This document shows, piece by piece, positions 7,834 through 18,126 of a DNA stretch of 64,000 nucleotides; the stretch's first letter is position 1, and every line of letters begins with the position of its first letter. The stretch comes from an uncultured Acidobacteriota bacterium. Lineage in GTDB: Bacteria > Acidobacteriota > Polarisedimenticolia > Polarisedimenticolales > DASRJG01. The notes under the pieces were generated by a model. That model was not told the DNA's origin, made no database searches, and saw only the letters and a program-made list of their open reading frames with translations. The stretch is taken from the NCBI GenBank assembly GCA_964511835.1, contig CAZEII010000004.1:64339-128338 (forward strand), in the 5' to 3' direction. Both the position numbers and the translations under genes were made by a program.

Positions 7834-8854
7834 GCCACGGTCCTTCCGGACGCCGCACCGAGCGCCGGCGCCAGGACCTGCCCTTGAACCGGCTCGAACC
7901 GCGAGCCGTTGGCCGCCTCGACCGCGCCCGCGGGATCGATCGCCTTGACGTTCACGATCCCCAGTCGCTCGAGCAGGGGCACGACCTCGGAGAGCGGAGG
8001 GGAGATCGCGCGCACGAACACCGTGCCGACGCCGCTTCCGGCGAGCTTCTCCGTGTAGTAGGAGAAGGACGACGTCAGCTCCCGCGCCATCACGGCGAGG
8101 CGGCCTTGGACCTCGTCGTCCTCCCCCTCGCCGCCCGCGTAGGACTTGCAGCGGAAGAAGACGACCCGGTCGGCGCGGACGATCGCGAGCGTGAAGTAGC
8201 CGCGCGTGCAGTTGAGCAGCGCGGCATCGGACCCCGACGCCACCGCCTTCGCGATGTCGGGGCGCGCGAGATTGAAGAGGCTCGGGGTGCAGAGGTCGAT
8301 GAGGCCGGGGCGCGCGCCTGCGGCCTCGAACGCCGCCTCGTACTGCTCGATGACGGAGCGCATCATGACCGCGACGAGCACGTGCAGCTCCTGGCCCGCC
8401 GCCGGCAGGACCCAGGACGACAGCACGGCGTCCTCGAGGCGGAACGGCACCGACCGCCTCAGCTTGAAGCGGAGCATCTCGTTGAGCTGCTTCCGCCCGG
8501 CCGGGCGCTCGGGGAGGCTGACGATCGAGACCTTGGCGAGATTGTCCGGGAGGATGAGCGACACCCGCCCGGGCTTGGTGCCGCTCTGCGCGAACAGCTC
8601 CCCCGCCTGACGCGCGAGCTCCGCGAGCGCGCCGACGTTCGGGCGGGAGACCGTGGCGGCGCCCGCGCTGTCCGGCGTCGCCTGGATCCGGAACGCCTCC
8701 AGGAGCGGCCGCTCCCGGCGGCGCGGCTTCGTCCGCACCAGCGTCATCTGGCCGCGGTCGATCTCGATCGCGACCGGAGGGTAGGCCGGGCGGAGGTCGA
8801 GCAGCGTCTCGGGATCGAGCCGCTTCAGGCGCGCGAGAACGGGGCCGAGGGCTT

Positions 8855-8858
<4 letters not shown>
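7830..8858 (-). CDS. pilM: PilM-like actin-fold assembly ATPase-like protein (or cytoplasmic GspL-like; 342 aa)
   Basis: Start is Met108 of track ORF 7830..9179 (ATGA overlap with the ATPase stop at 8855). LILPDNLAKVSIVSLPERPAGRKQLNEMLRFKLRRSVPFRLEDAVL is the classic PilM segment. Position directly upstream of the pilN-like gene fits. Confidence 0.8.
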
Positions 8859-10507
<1,649 letters not shown>

Positions 10508-10521
10508 CGCGCTTCCTTCGC

Positions 10522-11739
10522 CTAGAACTTCGAGTTGCCCACCGCTTGGAAGAGCGGCATGTAGATCGCGAGGATCATCATCGTGACGATGACCGCCATG
10601 AAGACGAGCATGAGCGGCTCGATCATCGTCACCATCTTCCCCAGCCGGTAGTCGATCTCCTCCTCGGAGAATTCCGACGCGTTGTCGAGCATCTCGACGA
10701 GCGCGCCGGTGGACTCGCCGACCTTGACCATCTCGATCGCCATCTCGCCGATGTACCCGGTGCGCTCGAGCGACTCCCACAGCGACTGCCCTTCGCGAAC
10801 CTTGACGGTGGCCCCCATCAGCTCCTTCTCGAGCACGTAGTTCCCGACGGCGCGCGCGGCGAGATCCAAGGAGGTGACCAGCGGGATCCCGCCGGCGAGG
10901 AGGGTCGAAAGCGTGCGCGTGAACCGGTTCTGCGCGTAGTCCTTGATCACGCCGCCGACCAGCGGAAGCCTCATCTTCAGGCGGTCGAAGCCGTAGCGGC
11001 CCGCCGGAGACCGCTTCCAGACGACGAACGCGGCCACGCCGACGACGACCGCGGCGAGGATGAACTGCCACATCGACTGGAGGAAGACGGCCGTGTTGAC
11101 CAGCATCTCCGTCATCCACGGGAGCGTCGTCCCCAGCTCCTTGAACAGGCCGGCGAACGTCGGAATGACCTTGAAGATCATGATGCCGACGATGACGATC
11201 GACACGCAGACGAGGATCGCGGGGTAGATCAGCGCGCCGACCACCTTCTTCTGGATCGCCATGATCGAGCGGGTGTAGGTGATGTAGCGCTTGAGGACGT
11301 TGGGCAGCTCGCCCGACCGCTCGCCCGACGCCAGGCTCGCCGCGTAGAGCTTGGGGAACAGGTCCCCCTGCGCGGCGAAAGCCTCGGAGAGCGCCGCGCC
11401 CGCCTTCACCCGCTCCCGGATGTCCATCAGCGTCTTCTTGAAGACGAGGTTCTTCCGCCGGTCGATCAGGACGTCGAGGCTCGTCAGGATCGGGAGCCCC
11501 GCGCGGAGGAGCGCGGAGAATTCCTGGTTGAAGAAGAGGAACTCGCGCGCCGCGATCCGGGGGCGGACGGAGAGCGCCTCGGCGATCGCGGAGAAGACCG
11601 GGTTCTGCCGCCGAAGCTCGAGGACGAGCATGTCCTTGTCCTCGAGCTCGCGCCGGAGCGCCGCCTCGGTCTCGGCGGCCACCGTGCGCTCAACGATCTC
11701 CCCTGTCGGGAGCGCCATACGGCAGACGAATTGAGCCAT
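10522..11739 (-). CDS. GspF/PilC family platform protein (405 aa)
   Basis: Two repeated T2SSF-type domains (FFNQEFSALLRAGLPILTSLDVL and FTRTLSTLLAGGIPLVTSLDLA). Three TM segments. C-terminus ILAIYMPLFQAVGN. Confidence 0.95.
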   Translation of the reverse strand: MAQFVCRMALPTGEIVERTVAAETEAALRRELEDKDMLVLELRRQNPVFSAIAEALSVRPRIAAREFLFFNQEFSALLRAGLPILTSLDVLIDRRKNLVFKKTLMDIRERVKAGAALSEAFAAQGDLFPKLYAASLASGERSGELPNVLKRYITYTRSIMAIQKKVVGALIYPAILVCVSIVIVGIMIFKVIPTFAGLFKELGTTLPWMTEMLVNTAVFLQSMWQFILAAVVVGVAAFVVWKRSPAGRYGFDRLKMRLPLVGGVIKDYAQNRFTRTLSTLLAGGIPLVTSLDLAARAVGNYVLEKELMGATVKVREGQSLWESLERTGYIGEMAIEMVKVGESTGALVEMLDNASEFSEEEIDYRLGKMVTMIEPLMLVFMAVIVTMMILAIYMPLFQAVGNSKF

Positions 11740-11742
11740 CGC

Positions 11743-12459
11743 CTACCTCGGCCGCGCCTGGAGGGTCAGGAAGAGAGCGCGCTTGGATTCCGGGTTCTGC
11801 GCCGCGCCCAACATGAGCATCCGGCCGACGGGCAGGACGACCGACGCGCTGTAGACGTCCTGGACCTTCTCCTTGCCGTCGGCGCCCCTCGTGATCCTCT
11901 GGAGAACGAAGCTCGTCAGCTTGACGCTCTGGTCGGAGACGGTGTCGATGTCGTAGGCGACGCGATATTCGTCCGACAGGTTGACCGTCACGCGCCCGCC
12001 CTCGACGCCGGTGACTGCTCGTCCTCCCAGCGGCTCGTAGGCATTCCACTTGGTGAAATCGCCGAGCGTCTCGGCGACGCCCCGCACGTCCCGCGTCATC
12101 GACGACGGCGGGATGATGCGGCCGGCCTCCTGCTCGCGCCGGTCGGTCCCCAGAAAGAGACTCATCGCGACCTCGACGTTCCGCGGCGCGACGTCGAAGC
12201 TCTGGAGCAGGGACGCGACGCGATCGAGGATCGATACGCGGTCCTGGACGGTCAGCGTCTTGAGCCGCGGCTGGAGCGTGAGCGTCCCCTGCGCGGAGAG
12301 GATCGGGCTGACCAGCTCCGCGGCATCGGCGAGCGACTTGAACTTGACCTCGTACGCGCGCGCCGAGACGGGATCGGCACCGGGAGCGGCATCCGCCGCC
12401 GCCAGCGTGGTGGGTCCGGCGAGGGCGAGGAGCAGGGGGACGAGAGCGAGCCGTCTCAC
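11743..12459 (-). CDS. exported stand-alone secretin-N (NolW-like) domain protein (238 aa)
   Basis: GTG at 12459 overlaps the anti-sigma stop (GTGA). Signal peptide RRLALVPLLLALAGPTTLAAA. YEVKFKSLADAAELVSPILSAQGTLTLQPRLKTLTVQDRVSILDRVASLLQSFD follows the secretin N-domain pattern. The C-terminal half is uncharacterised and beta-rich. Confidence 0.6.
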   Translation of the reverse strand: MRRLALVPLLLALAGPTTLAAADAAPGADPVSARAYEVKFKSLADAAELVSPILSAQGTLTLQPRLKTLTVQDRVSILDRVASLLQSFDVAPRNVEVAMSLFLGTDRREQEAGRIIPPSSMTRDVRGVAETLGDFTKWNAYEPLGGRAVTGVEGGRVTVNLSDEYRVAYDIDTVSDQSVKLTSFVLQRITRGADGKEKVQDVYSASVVLPVGRMLMLGAAQNPESKRALFLTLQARPR

Positions 12460-12941
12460 AGGTGAAGATCTCCGTTGTAGACCATGACGATCTGCGTCTC
12501 GCCGACCGTCAGATCGACGACCTGCGAGAGGCCGCTCGCCGCTTGGACCTCGACGTCCGCTCGGGGCGAGATCGCCGCAGGCGGCGCGGTGACGGCCACA
12601 GGCGGCCCCTCGACCTGCCGATCGTGGAGCGTCACGTATCCCGACAGCAGCACCAGCGCGAAGAGCGCCGCGGCCGCGACGCGGCGGGGCCAGAAGGCAT
12701 ACTCGACGAGGACGTCACGCGATCCAGGATCGGTCCCGACGCGGCGCGCGACCCGCGCCGACACCTCGTCGAGCGTCTCTTGCGGAACGGGCTGGAGCGC
12801 GAGCAATCCGAACAGGAGCGTCGGATCGTGGAGGGCGAGCGCCCTGCGACACGAGGCGCAGCCACGGACGTGCTCGAGCATCGTGCGGCGGGCGTCGCCC
12901 GACGCGCCGTCGAGACGTTCCGGATCGACGTGCGCGATCAC
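12456..12941 (-). CDS. anti-sigma factor, zf-HC2 type, single TM (161 aa)
   Basis: HVRGCASCRRAL is an HxxxCxxC motif. The TM helix is VAAAALFALVLLSGYV. The GTG start overlaps the sigma factor stop (GTGA at 12938-12941). Confidence 0.8.
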   Translation of the reverse strand: MIAHVDPERLDGASGDARRTMLEHVRGCASCRRALALHDPTLLFGLLALQPVPQETLDEVSARVARRVGTDPGSRDVLVEYAFWPRRVAAAALFALVLLSGYVTLHDRQVEGPPVAVTAPPAAISPRADVEVQAASGLSQVVDLTVGETQIVMVYNGDLHL

Positions 12942-13513
12942 GATTCGTCTCCTCCGATCCCTTCGCGCTTGAGCCCTTCGCGGAGAATGCGGCGCGCTTG
13001 GAGCAAATGATTTCGAACCGTCGATTCCGTCACGCCGAGCACGCGCGCGACTTCCGCGGTTTCGAGCCCTTCGATCTCCTTCAAGACGAACGTCGCGCGC
13101 TGCTTGGGAGCGAGCCGAGCGGCCATGCGAGCGAAGGTGCGCTGCAGCTTGCCGAGGTCGACCAGCTCGTCCGCGGGGCGCCCTGGATCTCGCAGGCTCT
13201 CACCTGCCCCTTCGGGCAGCGCTTGGAGAAATCCCTGAGGGCCTCGCTCGCGGAGATGATCGATCGCGGCGTTCACGGTGATGCGGTACAGCCAGGTATC
13301 GAATCTCTTCTCGAGATCGAACCGCTGCAGCACTCTCCAGAGCCGAAGGAAGACCCCCTGGGCGACGTCCTTCGCGTCTTCCCAGTCACCGGTGATCTGG
13401 AAGGCCGTTCGGACGACACGCTCTCGCTTCCGGAGGACGAGGTCCTCGAAAGCCCGGCGGTCGCCTAAGGCGGCGGACCGGATCAGATCGGTGAGGTCCT
13501 CGTCGTCCCGCAT
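12938..13513 (-). CDS. ECF (sigma-70 group 4) RNA polymerase sigma factor (191 aa; an alternative GTG at 13573 would give 211 aa)
   Basis: Region 2 is DVAQGVFLRLWRVLQRFDLEKRFDTWLYRITVNAAIDHLR. Region 4 is FVLKEIEGLETAEVARVLGVTESTVRNHLLQARRIL. ATG at 13513 chosen because the extra 20 aa are low complexity and contain a GGAAC-N16-GTC motif. Confidence 0.85.
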   Translation of the reverse strand: MRDDEDLTDLIRSAALGDRRAFEDLVLRKRERVVRTAFQITGDWEDAKDVAQGVFLRLWRVLQRFDLEKRFDTWLYRITVNAAIDHLRERGPQGFLQALPEGAGESLRDPGRPADELVDLGKLQRTFARMAARLAPKQRATFVLKEIEGLETAEVARVLGVTESTVRNHLLQARRILREGLKREGIGGDES

Positions 13514-13646
13514 CCTCGGCTTTCGGCTTCGGGAAGTCTCGGACCCGCTTTTGGTACGGGGTTCCCCGTCCACGCGTCTAGCCCGAGTCCGTCCGAGCTC
13601 GGATCTCTAGTCAACCGCCGGAGTTTAGCAGGCGCGCCGGGGCTTT

Positions 13647-16070
13647 TTAATGAATCGGCTGCAGGGGGGCCCGTTTGGCCCTCGGCTTCGCGGGGGCGAC
13701 TCCGCCCGCCAGGACGACCGGCTCGCGGAACGCGATTCGGAAGACTTCGCGGACGTCGCTGACGAAATGGAGTGTGAGGTCCTTGCGAAGCGGCTTGGGG
13801 ATCTCGTCGAGGTTCTTCCTGTTCGCCTCGGGAAGAAGGATCGTCGTGATCCCCGAGCGGCGCGCGGCCAGGACCTTCTCCTTGATGCCGCCGACGGGCA
13901 GCACGTTTCCGCGGAGGGTGATCTCCCCCGTCATCGCGATGTCGCGCCGGAGCGGGCGCTCGACGAACGCGGAGACCATCGCCGCCGCTATCGTGATGCC
14001 CGCCGACGGTCCGTCCTTCGGAATCGACCCCTCGGGAACGTGGATGTGGACGTCGCGCTCCTCGAAATAGTTCGGAGAGAGCCCGAGATCGGCGGCGTGG
14101 GCGCGGGCGAAGGAGAGCGCGGCCTGCGCGGATTCCTTCATGACGTCCCCCAGCTGCCCGGTGAGGATCAACGATCCGTGCCCACGCATCGTCGTCGCCT
14201 CGATGAAGAGAACGTCCCCGCCCGACTCGGTCCAGGCCAACCCGGTCGCGACGCCGATCTGATCCGTGGGGAGAGCGTCCTCGCGCGTCGCCGGAGCCGG
14301 CCCCAAGAACGACTCGAGGCTCGAGGCGATGACGCGCATCTTTCCTTTGCGACCTTCCGCGACCTGGCGGGCGACCTTGCGGCAGACCGCGGCGACGTGC
14401 CGCTCCAAGTTGCGCAGCCCCGCTTCCCGCGTGTAGCCGGAGATGAGCGCTTTGAGCGCGTTGTCGGAGAACTCGATCTTTCCCGACTTGAGCCCGTTCT
14501 CCTCGACCTGCTTCGGAACGATGTGGCGGGTCGCGATGACGAGCTTCTCTTCCTCCGTGTATCCCGAGAGGCGGATCGTCTCCATGCGGTCGCGGAAGGC
14601 GGGGTGGATCGGATCGAGAAGATTGGCGTTCGCGATGAACATGACGTCGGAGAGGTCCCACGGGACGCCGAGGTAATGATCCCGGAAAGCCGCGTTCTGC
14701 TCCGGATCGAGCACCTCGAGCAGCGCCGACGACGGATCGCCGCGAAAGTCCTGGCCGATCTTGTCGACCTCGTCGAGCATGAACACCGGGTTCTGCGAGC
14801 CGGCCTGATGGATCCCCTGCACGATCCGCCCGGGCATCGCGCCGACGTAGGTCCTGCGGTGGCCGCGGATCTCCGCCTCGTCCTTCACGCCGCCGAGCGA
14901 CAGGCGCACGAATTGGCGACCGAGCGCGCGCGCGATCGACCGGCCGAGGGAGGTCTTGCCGACGCCGGGCGGGCCGACGAAGCAAAGAATCGGGCCCTTG
15001 CTCTTCTTCTTCAGCTTCCGGACGGCGAGATACTCGAGGATGCGATCCTTGATCGGCTCGAGCGCGTAGTGATCTTCGTCGAGGATCGCGCGCGCCTTGG
15101 CCAAGTCGAGATTGTCCTTCGTCGTCTTCCCCCACGGCATCCCGAGCATCCAGTCGAGATAGTTGCGAACGGTCGAGGCCTCCGCGGCATCGGGGTGCAT
15201 GCGCTCGAGCTTCTTGAGCTGGCGCTCGATCTCCTCCGCCGCCTGCGGGGAGAGCGCCAGCTCGCGCGCCTTCTCCCGGCATCGCTCGATCTCCTCGCCG
15301 AGCTCGTTCCCCTCCCCCAGCTCGGACATGATCGCCTTCATCTGGTGGCGGAGGTAGACCTCGCGCTGCGAGCGGTCCATCTCGTCCTTGGCCATCGAGT
15401 CGATCTCGCGCTGCATCGACAGGAGCGACATCTCCCGCTGGACCATGTCGTGGACGCGCTTCAGGCGCTCCACCGGATCGAGGATCTCGAGCACTTCCTG
15501 CGCCTCCTCGACCTTCAGCTCGAGGTTCGACGCGACGAGGTCGGCCAGGCGCCCTGGGTCTTCCAGATTCCCGGCGATGACGAGCACCTCGGACGGGAGG
15601 CTCTTTCCCAGGCTCGAGGCGCGCTCGAGCGCGCGCTTGACCGAGCGGACGAGCGCTTCCTTCTCGATCGACGCCCCGTCGAACGCCGGGTCGGTCACGC
15701 GCTCGATCTTCGCCACCAGATGCGGCCGGAGCGCGGTGAACTCCCCCACGCGCGCGCGGCAGACGCCCTGGACGAGAACGCGGATCCGCTCGTCCGGCAG
15801 CTTGAGCATGCGCATGATGACGGCGACGGTTCCGATCTCGTGCAAATCGGAAGGCTGCGGATCCTCTTCGTCCTTGTCGCGCTGGGCGAGGAGGAGGATC
15901 ATCCGATTCTCGGACAGCGCGCGGTCGACCGCCTGGATCGAGAGGTCCCGGGCGACGGACAGCGGCGCGATGATGAACGGGAACACGACCATGTCCCTGA
16001 GCGGCAGGACCGGCAGCTCTCCGGGGATGCGGAGCTCGGCGTCGGAGGCGGGCTCGTGGGCAGGAGTCAT
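13647..16070 (-). CDS. lon: ATP-dependent protease Lon (807 aa)
   Basis: LON N-domain ([14 protein letters not shown]), Walker A ([11 protein letters not shown]), and protease domain with [18 protein letters not shown] (catalytic Ser). ATGA overlap with the hsp20 stop. Confidence 0.97.
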   Translation of the reverse strand: MTPAHEPASDAELRIPGELPVLPLRDMVVFPFIIAPLSVARDLSIQAVDRALSENRMILLLAQRDKDEEDPQPSDLHEIGTVAVIMRMLKLPDERIRVLVQGVCRARVGEFTALRPHLVAKIERVTDPAFDGASIEKEALVRSVKRALERASSLGKSLPSEVLVIAGNLEDPGRLADLVASNLELKVEEAQEVLEILDPVERLKRVHDMVQREMSLLSMQREIDSMAKDEMDRSQREVYLRHQMKAIMSELGEGNELGEEIERCREKARELALSPQAAEEIERQLKKLERMHPDAAEASTVRNYLDWMLGMPWGKTTKDNLDLAKARAILDEDHYALEPIKDRILEYLAVRKLKKKSKGPILCFVGPPGVGKTSLGRSIARALGRQFVRLSLGGVKDEAEIRGHRRTYVGAMPGRIVQGIHQAGSQNPVFMLDEVDKIGQDFRGDPSSALLEVLDPEQNAAFRDHYLGVPWDLSDVMFIANANLLDPIHPAFRDRMETIRLSGYTEEEKLVIATRHIVPKQVEENGLKSGKIEFSDNALKALISGYTREAGLRNLERHVAAVCRKVARQVAEGRKGKMRVIASSLESFLGPAPATREDALPTDQIGVATGLAWTESGGDVLFIEATTMRGHGSLILTGQLGDVMKESAQAALSFARAHAADLGLSPNYFEERDVHIHVPEGSIPKDGPSAGITIAAAMVSAFVERPLRRDIAMTGEITLRGNVLPVGGIKEKVLAARRSGITTILLPEANRKNLDEIPKPLRKDLTLHFVSDVREVFRIAFREPVVLAGGVAPAKPRAKRAPLQPIH

Positions 16071-16510
16071 CGTGCGGTCACCGGGATCGCGACCTCCTCG
16101 CCGCGCCGGTTCGGAACCTTCGGGAATCGCAGGCGCAGGGTTCCGTCGGTGAGGACCGCTTCGGCCTTGTGCGTGTTGACCGGCACGCCGAGGTGGATGA
16201 CGCGGCGGAAGCGGCCGTACGCTCGCTCGGCGACGTGCGAGCGGACGGGCGCGCCGACGGTCGGGCGGCCCTTCTCGCCGGCCAGGATGACGTCCCCTCC
16301 GTGGGTCGACACGGTGAGGTCCCGCGAAAGGACCCCCGGAAGCTCGACGGTCACCACAAGCGCGTCGTCGTTCTCGACGATGTCGACGATCGGAATCCAG
16401 CTCCCGCTCTGCTTACCGCCGGCGTCCAGGTCGAGAAGATTGTCGAACAGGCGGTTGATCTCGCTCTGGATCCTCGCCACCTCCAGCATCGAGCCCAGTC
16501 CTTTGGTCAT
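16067..16510 (-). CDS. Hsp20/alpha-crystallin family small heat-shock protein (147 aa; alternative GTG at 16525)
   Basis: WIPIVDIVENDDALVVTVELPGV...AERAYGRFRRVIHLGVPV...AEAVLTDGTLRLRFPK is the ACD signature. ATG at 16510 has GAGGA upstream. The GTG at 16525 would overlap the nrdR stop. Confidence 0.9.
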   Translation of the reverse strand: MTKGLGSMLEVARIQSEINRLFDNLLDLDAGGKQSGSWIPIVDIVENDDALVVTVELPGVLSRDLTVSTHGGDVILAGEKGRPTVGAPVRSHVAERAYGRFRRVIHLGVPVNTHKAEAVLTDGTLRLRFPKVPNRRGEEVAIPVTAR

Positions 16511-16521
16511 CGCAAGAGTCC

Positions 16522-16980
16522 TCACTTCCTCGTTTCCACCAGGTTGCGGAGCTCGGACATGAACTCCTCGACGTCCTCGAACTGCCGGTACACGGAGGCG
16601 AACCGCACGTAGGCGACCTTGTCGAGCTCCTTCAGCCGCTCCATCACCCGCTCGCCCATCGCGCGCGCGGGGATCTCACGCTCGGCGGAGTCCTGCACCA
16701 TCTGCTCGATCTCGTCGACGATGGCCGCCAGCGCCTTCGCCGGGACCGGTCGCTTCTCGCACGCCCGATGGAGTCCGACCATCAGCTTCTGCCGGTCGAA
16801 CGGCTCGCGGCGGCCGTCCTTCTTGACGACGAAATACGGAATCTCTTCGACCCGCTCGTAGGAGGTGAAGCGCCTTCCACACGAGAGGCACTCTCTCCGG
16901 CGCCGGATGGCGTCTCCGGACCCGCTTTCCCGCGAGTCGACGACCTTGTCCTTCAGGTGCGAGCAGAACGGGCAGATCAT
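16522..16980 (-). CDS. nrdR: transcriptional repressor NrdR (152 aa)
   Basis: [19 protein letters not shown]...[19 protein letters not shown] is a zinc ribbon, followed by an ATP-cone. ATGA overlap with the upstream stop at 16977. Confidence 0.95.
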   Translation of the reverse strand: MICPFCSHLKDKVVDSRESGSGDAIRRRRECLSCGRRFTSYERVEEIPYFVVKKDGRREPFDRQKLMVGLHRACEKRPVPAKALAAIVDEIEQMVQDSAEREIPARAMGERVMERLKELDKVAYVRFASVYRQFEDVEEFMSELRNLVETRK

Positions 16981-18011
16981 CGGGCCGCCCCCACGGCGCG
17001 GGCCGCCGTTCCCAGGGCGCGCACCTGTTTTCCGGCGGCGACCAGATCGGACCAGGAGATCTTCTCCGTGTAGAGGAGCACCGGACCGGCGATCAAGACC
17101 GGAATCACGATCGCCAAATGCATCAGGATCCCCGCCCCGGCCGCGATGGTGGCGTCGACGCCGAACAGCGAGGTGAGGCCGACCTGCATCAGCGCGTGGT
17201 ACCCGCCGACGCCTCCCGGTGTCGGAAGGGAAACACCCAACGCCAGCAGCGGGAGCATGACGAGAACGTCGGCATACCCGACACCGGCCCCGGCGGCACG
17301 AATGCCGAGCCAAGTTCCCAGCGCGATCGTCATCCACGCGGCGAAGCTGTAGGCGAGGATCGGCAGGAGCCGGCCCACGGAGCGGAGGGCTTCGGCTCCC
17401 TGGGCCATCCCCAGCGCGGCATGGCCGACCCATCGCACCGGCCCCCACCGGCGCTCGAGCCAGCCGTCGAGCTTGGCGCCGACGGTCGAGACCGCGACCA
17501 GGCCGGCGAGGCCGACGACGATCGCTCCGAGAGCGATCACCGCGGTCACTCGAATCTGCCCCGCCAGCGCCGCGGAACCCACGGTGAAGCGGGCGGTCAG
17601 ACTTCCCGCGGCGAAGAGCGCGACGATGGCGACCCCATCGAGCAAGCGGTCTGCGACGACCGTGCCGAGGCAGGGACCCAAGGGGAGATTCTCGCGGGCC
17701 GAGAGCAACGCCGGTCTCACCAGCTCGCCGACCCGCCCAGGGACAAGCCAGGTGGTCATGTACCCGAGGATGACGGCGACGATCATCGGCCGGAAAGGCA
17801 CCTCGGGGCGCACGGGATCGAGCAGCCAGCGCCACCGAAACACGCGGAAGACGTTGTGCGAAAGGTTGAGAAAGGCCCCGAGCGCCAGCATCGGCCAAGA
17901 GGCTCGCATCAGCGCCGCGGAGAGTGCCTGAGGGTCCTTGTCGTGGAGCACCCAGTACAGCAGCAGCGCCGCGAGTAGGAGACCCCCGATCCCCTGAAGC
18001 GCCGTCTTCAT
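16977..18011 (-). CDS. UPF0104 / lysylphosphatidylglycerol-synthase-TM (flippase-like) family membrane protein (344 aa)
   Basis: [22 protein letters not shown]...[10 protein letters not shown]...GRVGELVRP pattern with about 8 predicted TM helices. Confidence 0.75.
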   Translation of the reverse strand: MKTALQGIGGLLLAALLLYWVLHDKDPQALSAALMRASWPMLALGAFLNLSHNVFRVFRWRWLLDPVRPEVPFRPMIVAVILGYMTTWLVPGRVGELVRPALLSARENLPLGPCLGTVVADRLLDGVAIVALFAAGSLTARFTVGSAALAGQIRVTAVIALGAIVVGLAGLVAVSTVGAKLDGWLERRWGPVRWVGHAALGMAQGAEALRSVGRLLPILAYSFAAWMTIALGTWLGIRAAGAGVGYADVLVMLPLLALGVSLPTPGGVGGYHALMQVGLTSLFGVDATIAAGAGILMHLAIVIPVLIAGPVLLYTEKISWSDLVAAGKQVRALGTAARAVGAAR

Positions 18012-18020
18012 GGCCGCGCC

Positions 18021-18049
18021 AATCTAGGGCACGGCCACCCCACGGTCAA
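18021..18049 (-). promoter_or_regulatory. candidate sigma-70-type promoter giving a leaderless transcript for the 16977..18011 gene
   Basis: Minus strand reads TTGACC-N17-TAGATT-N9-ATG. There is no SD between the -10 and the ATG at 18011. Confidence 0.4.
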
Positions 18050-18126
18050 CCGAATTGAGACCATGTTCGGCATGAAAGCGCCCATCCTCGACGTGGAATG
18101 TCGCATCCTTCGGCGAAATCGGGCGA

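Noticed and set aside
13592-13603. Perfect 12-nt palindrome TCCGAGCTCGGA between lon and the ECF sigma gene.
   Set aside because: It is too short with no loop, not followed by a T-tract on the relevant strand, and occurs only once. It could be an operator, but there is no supporting evidence.
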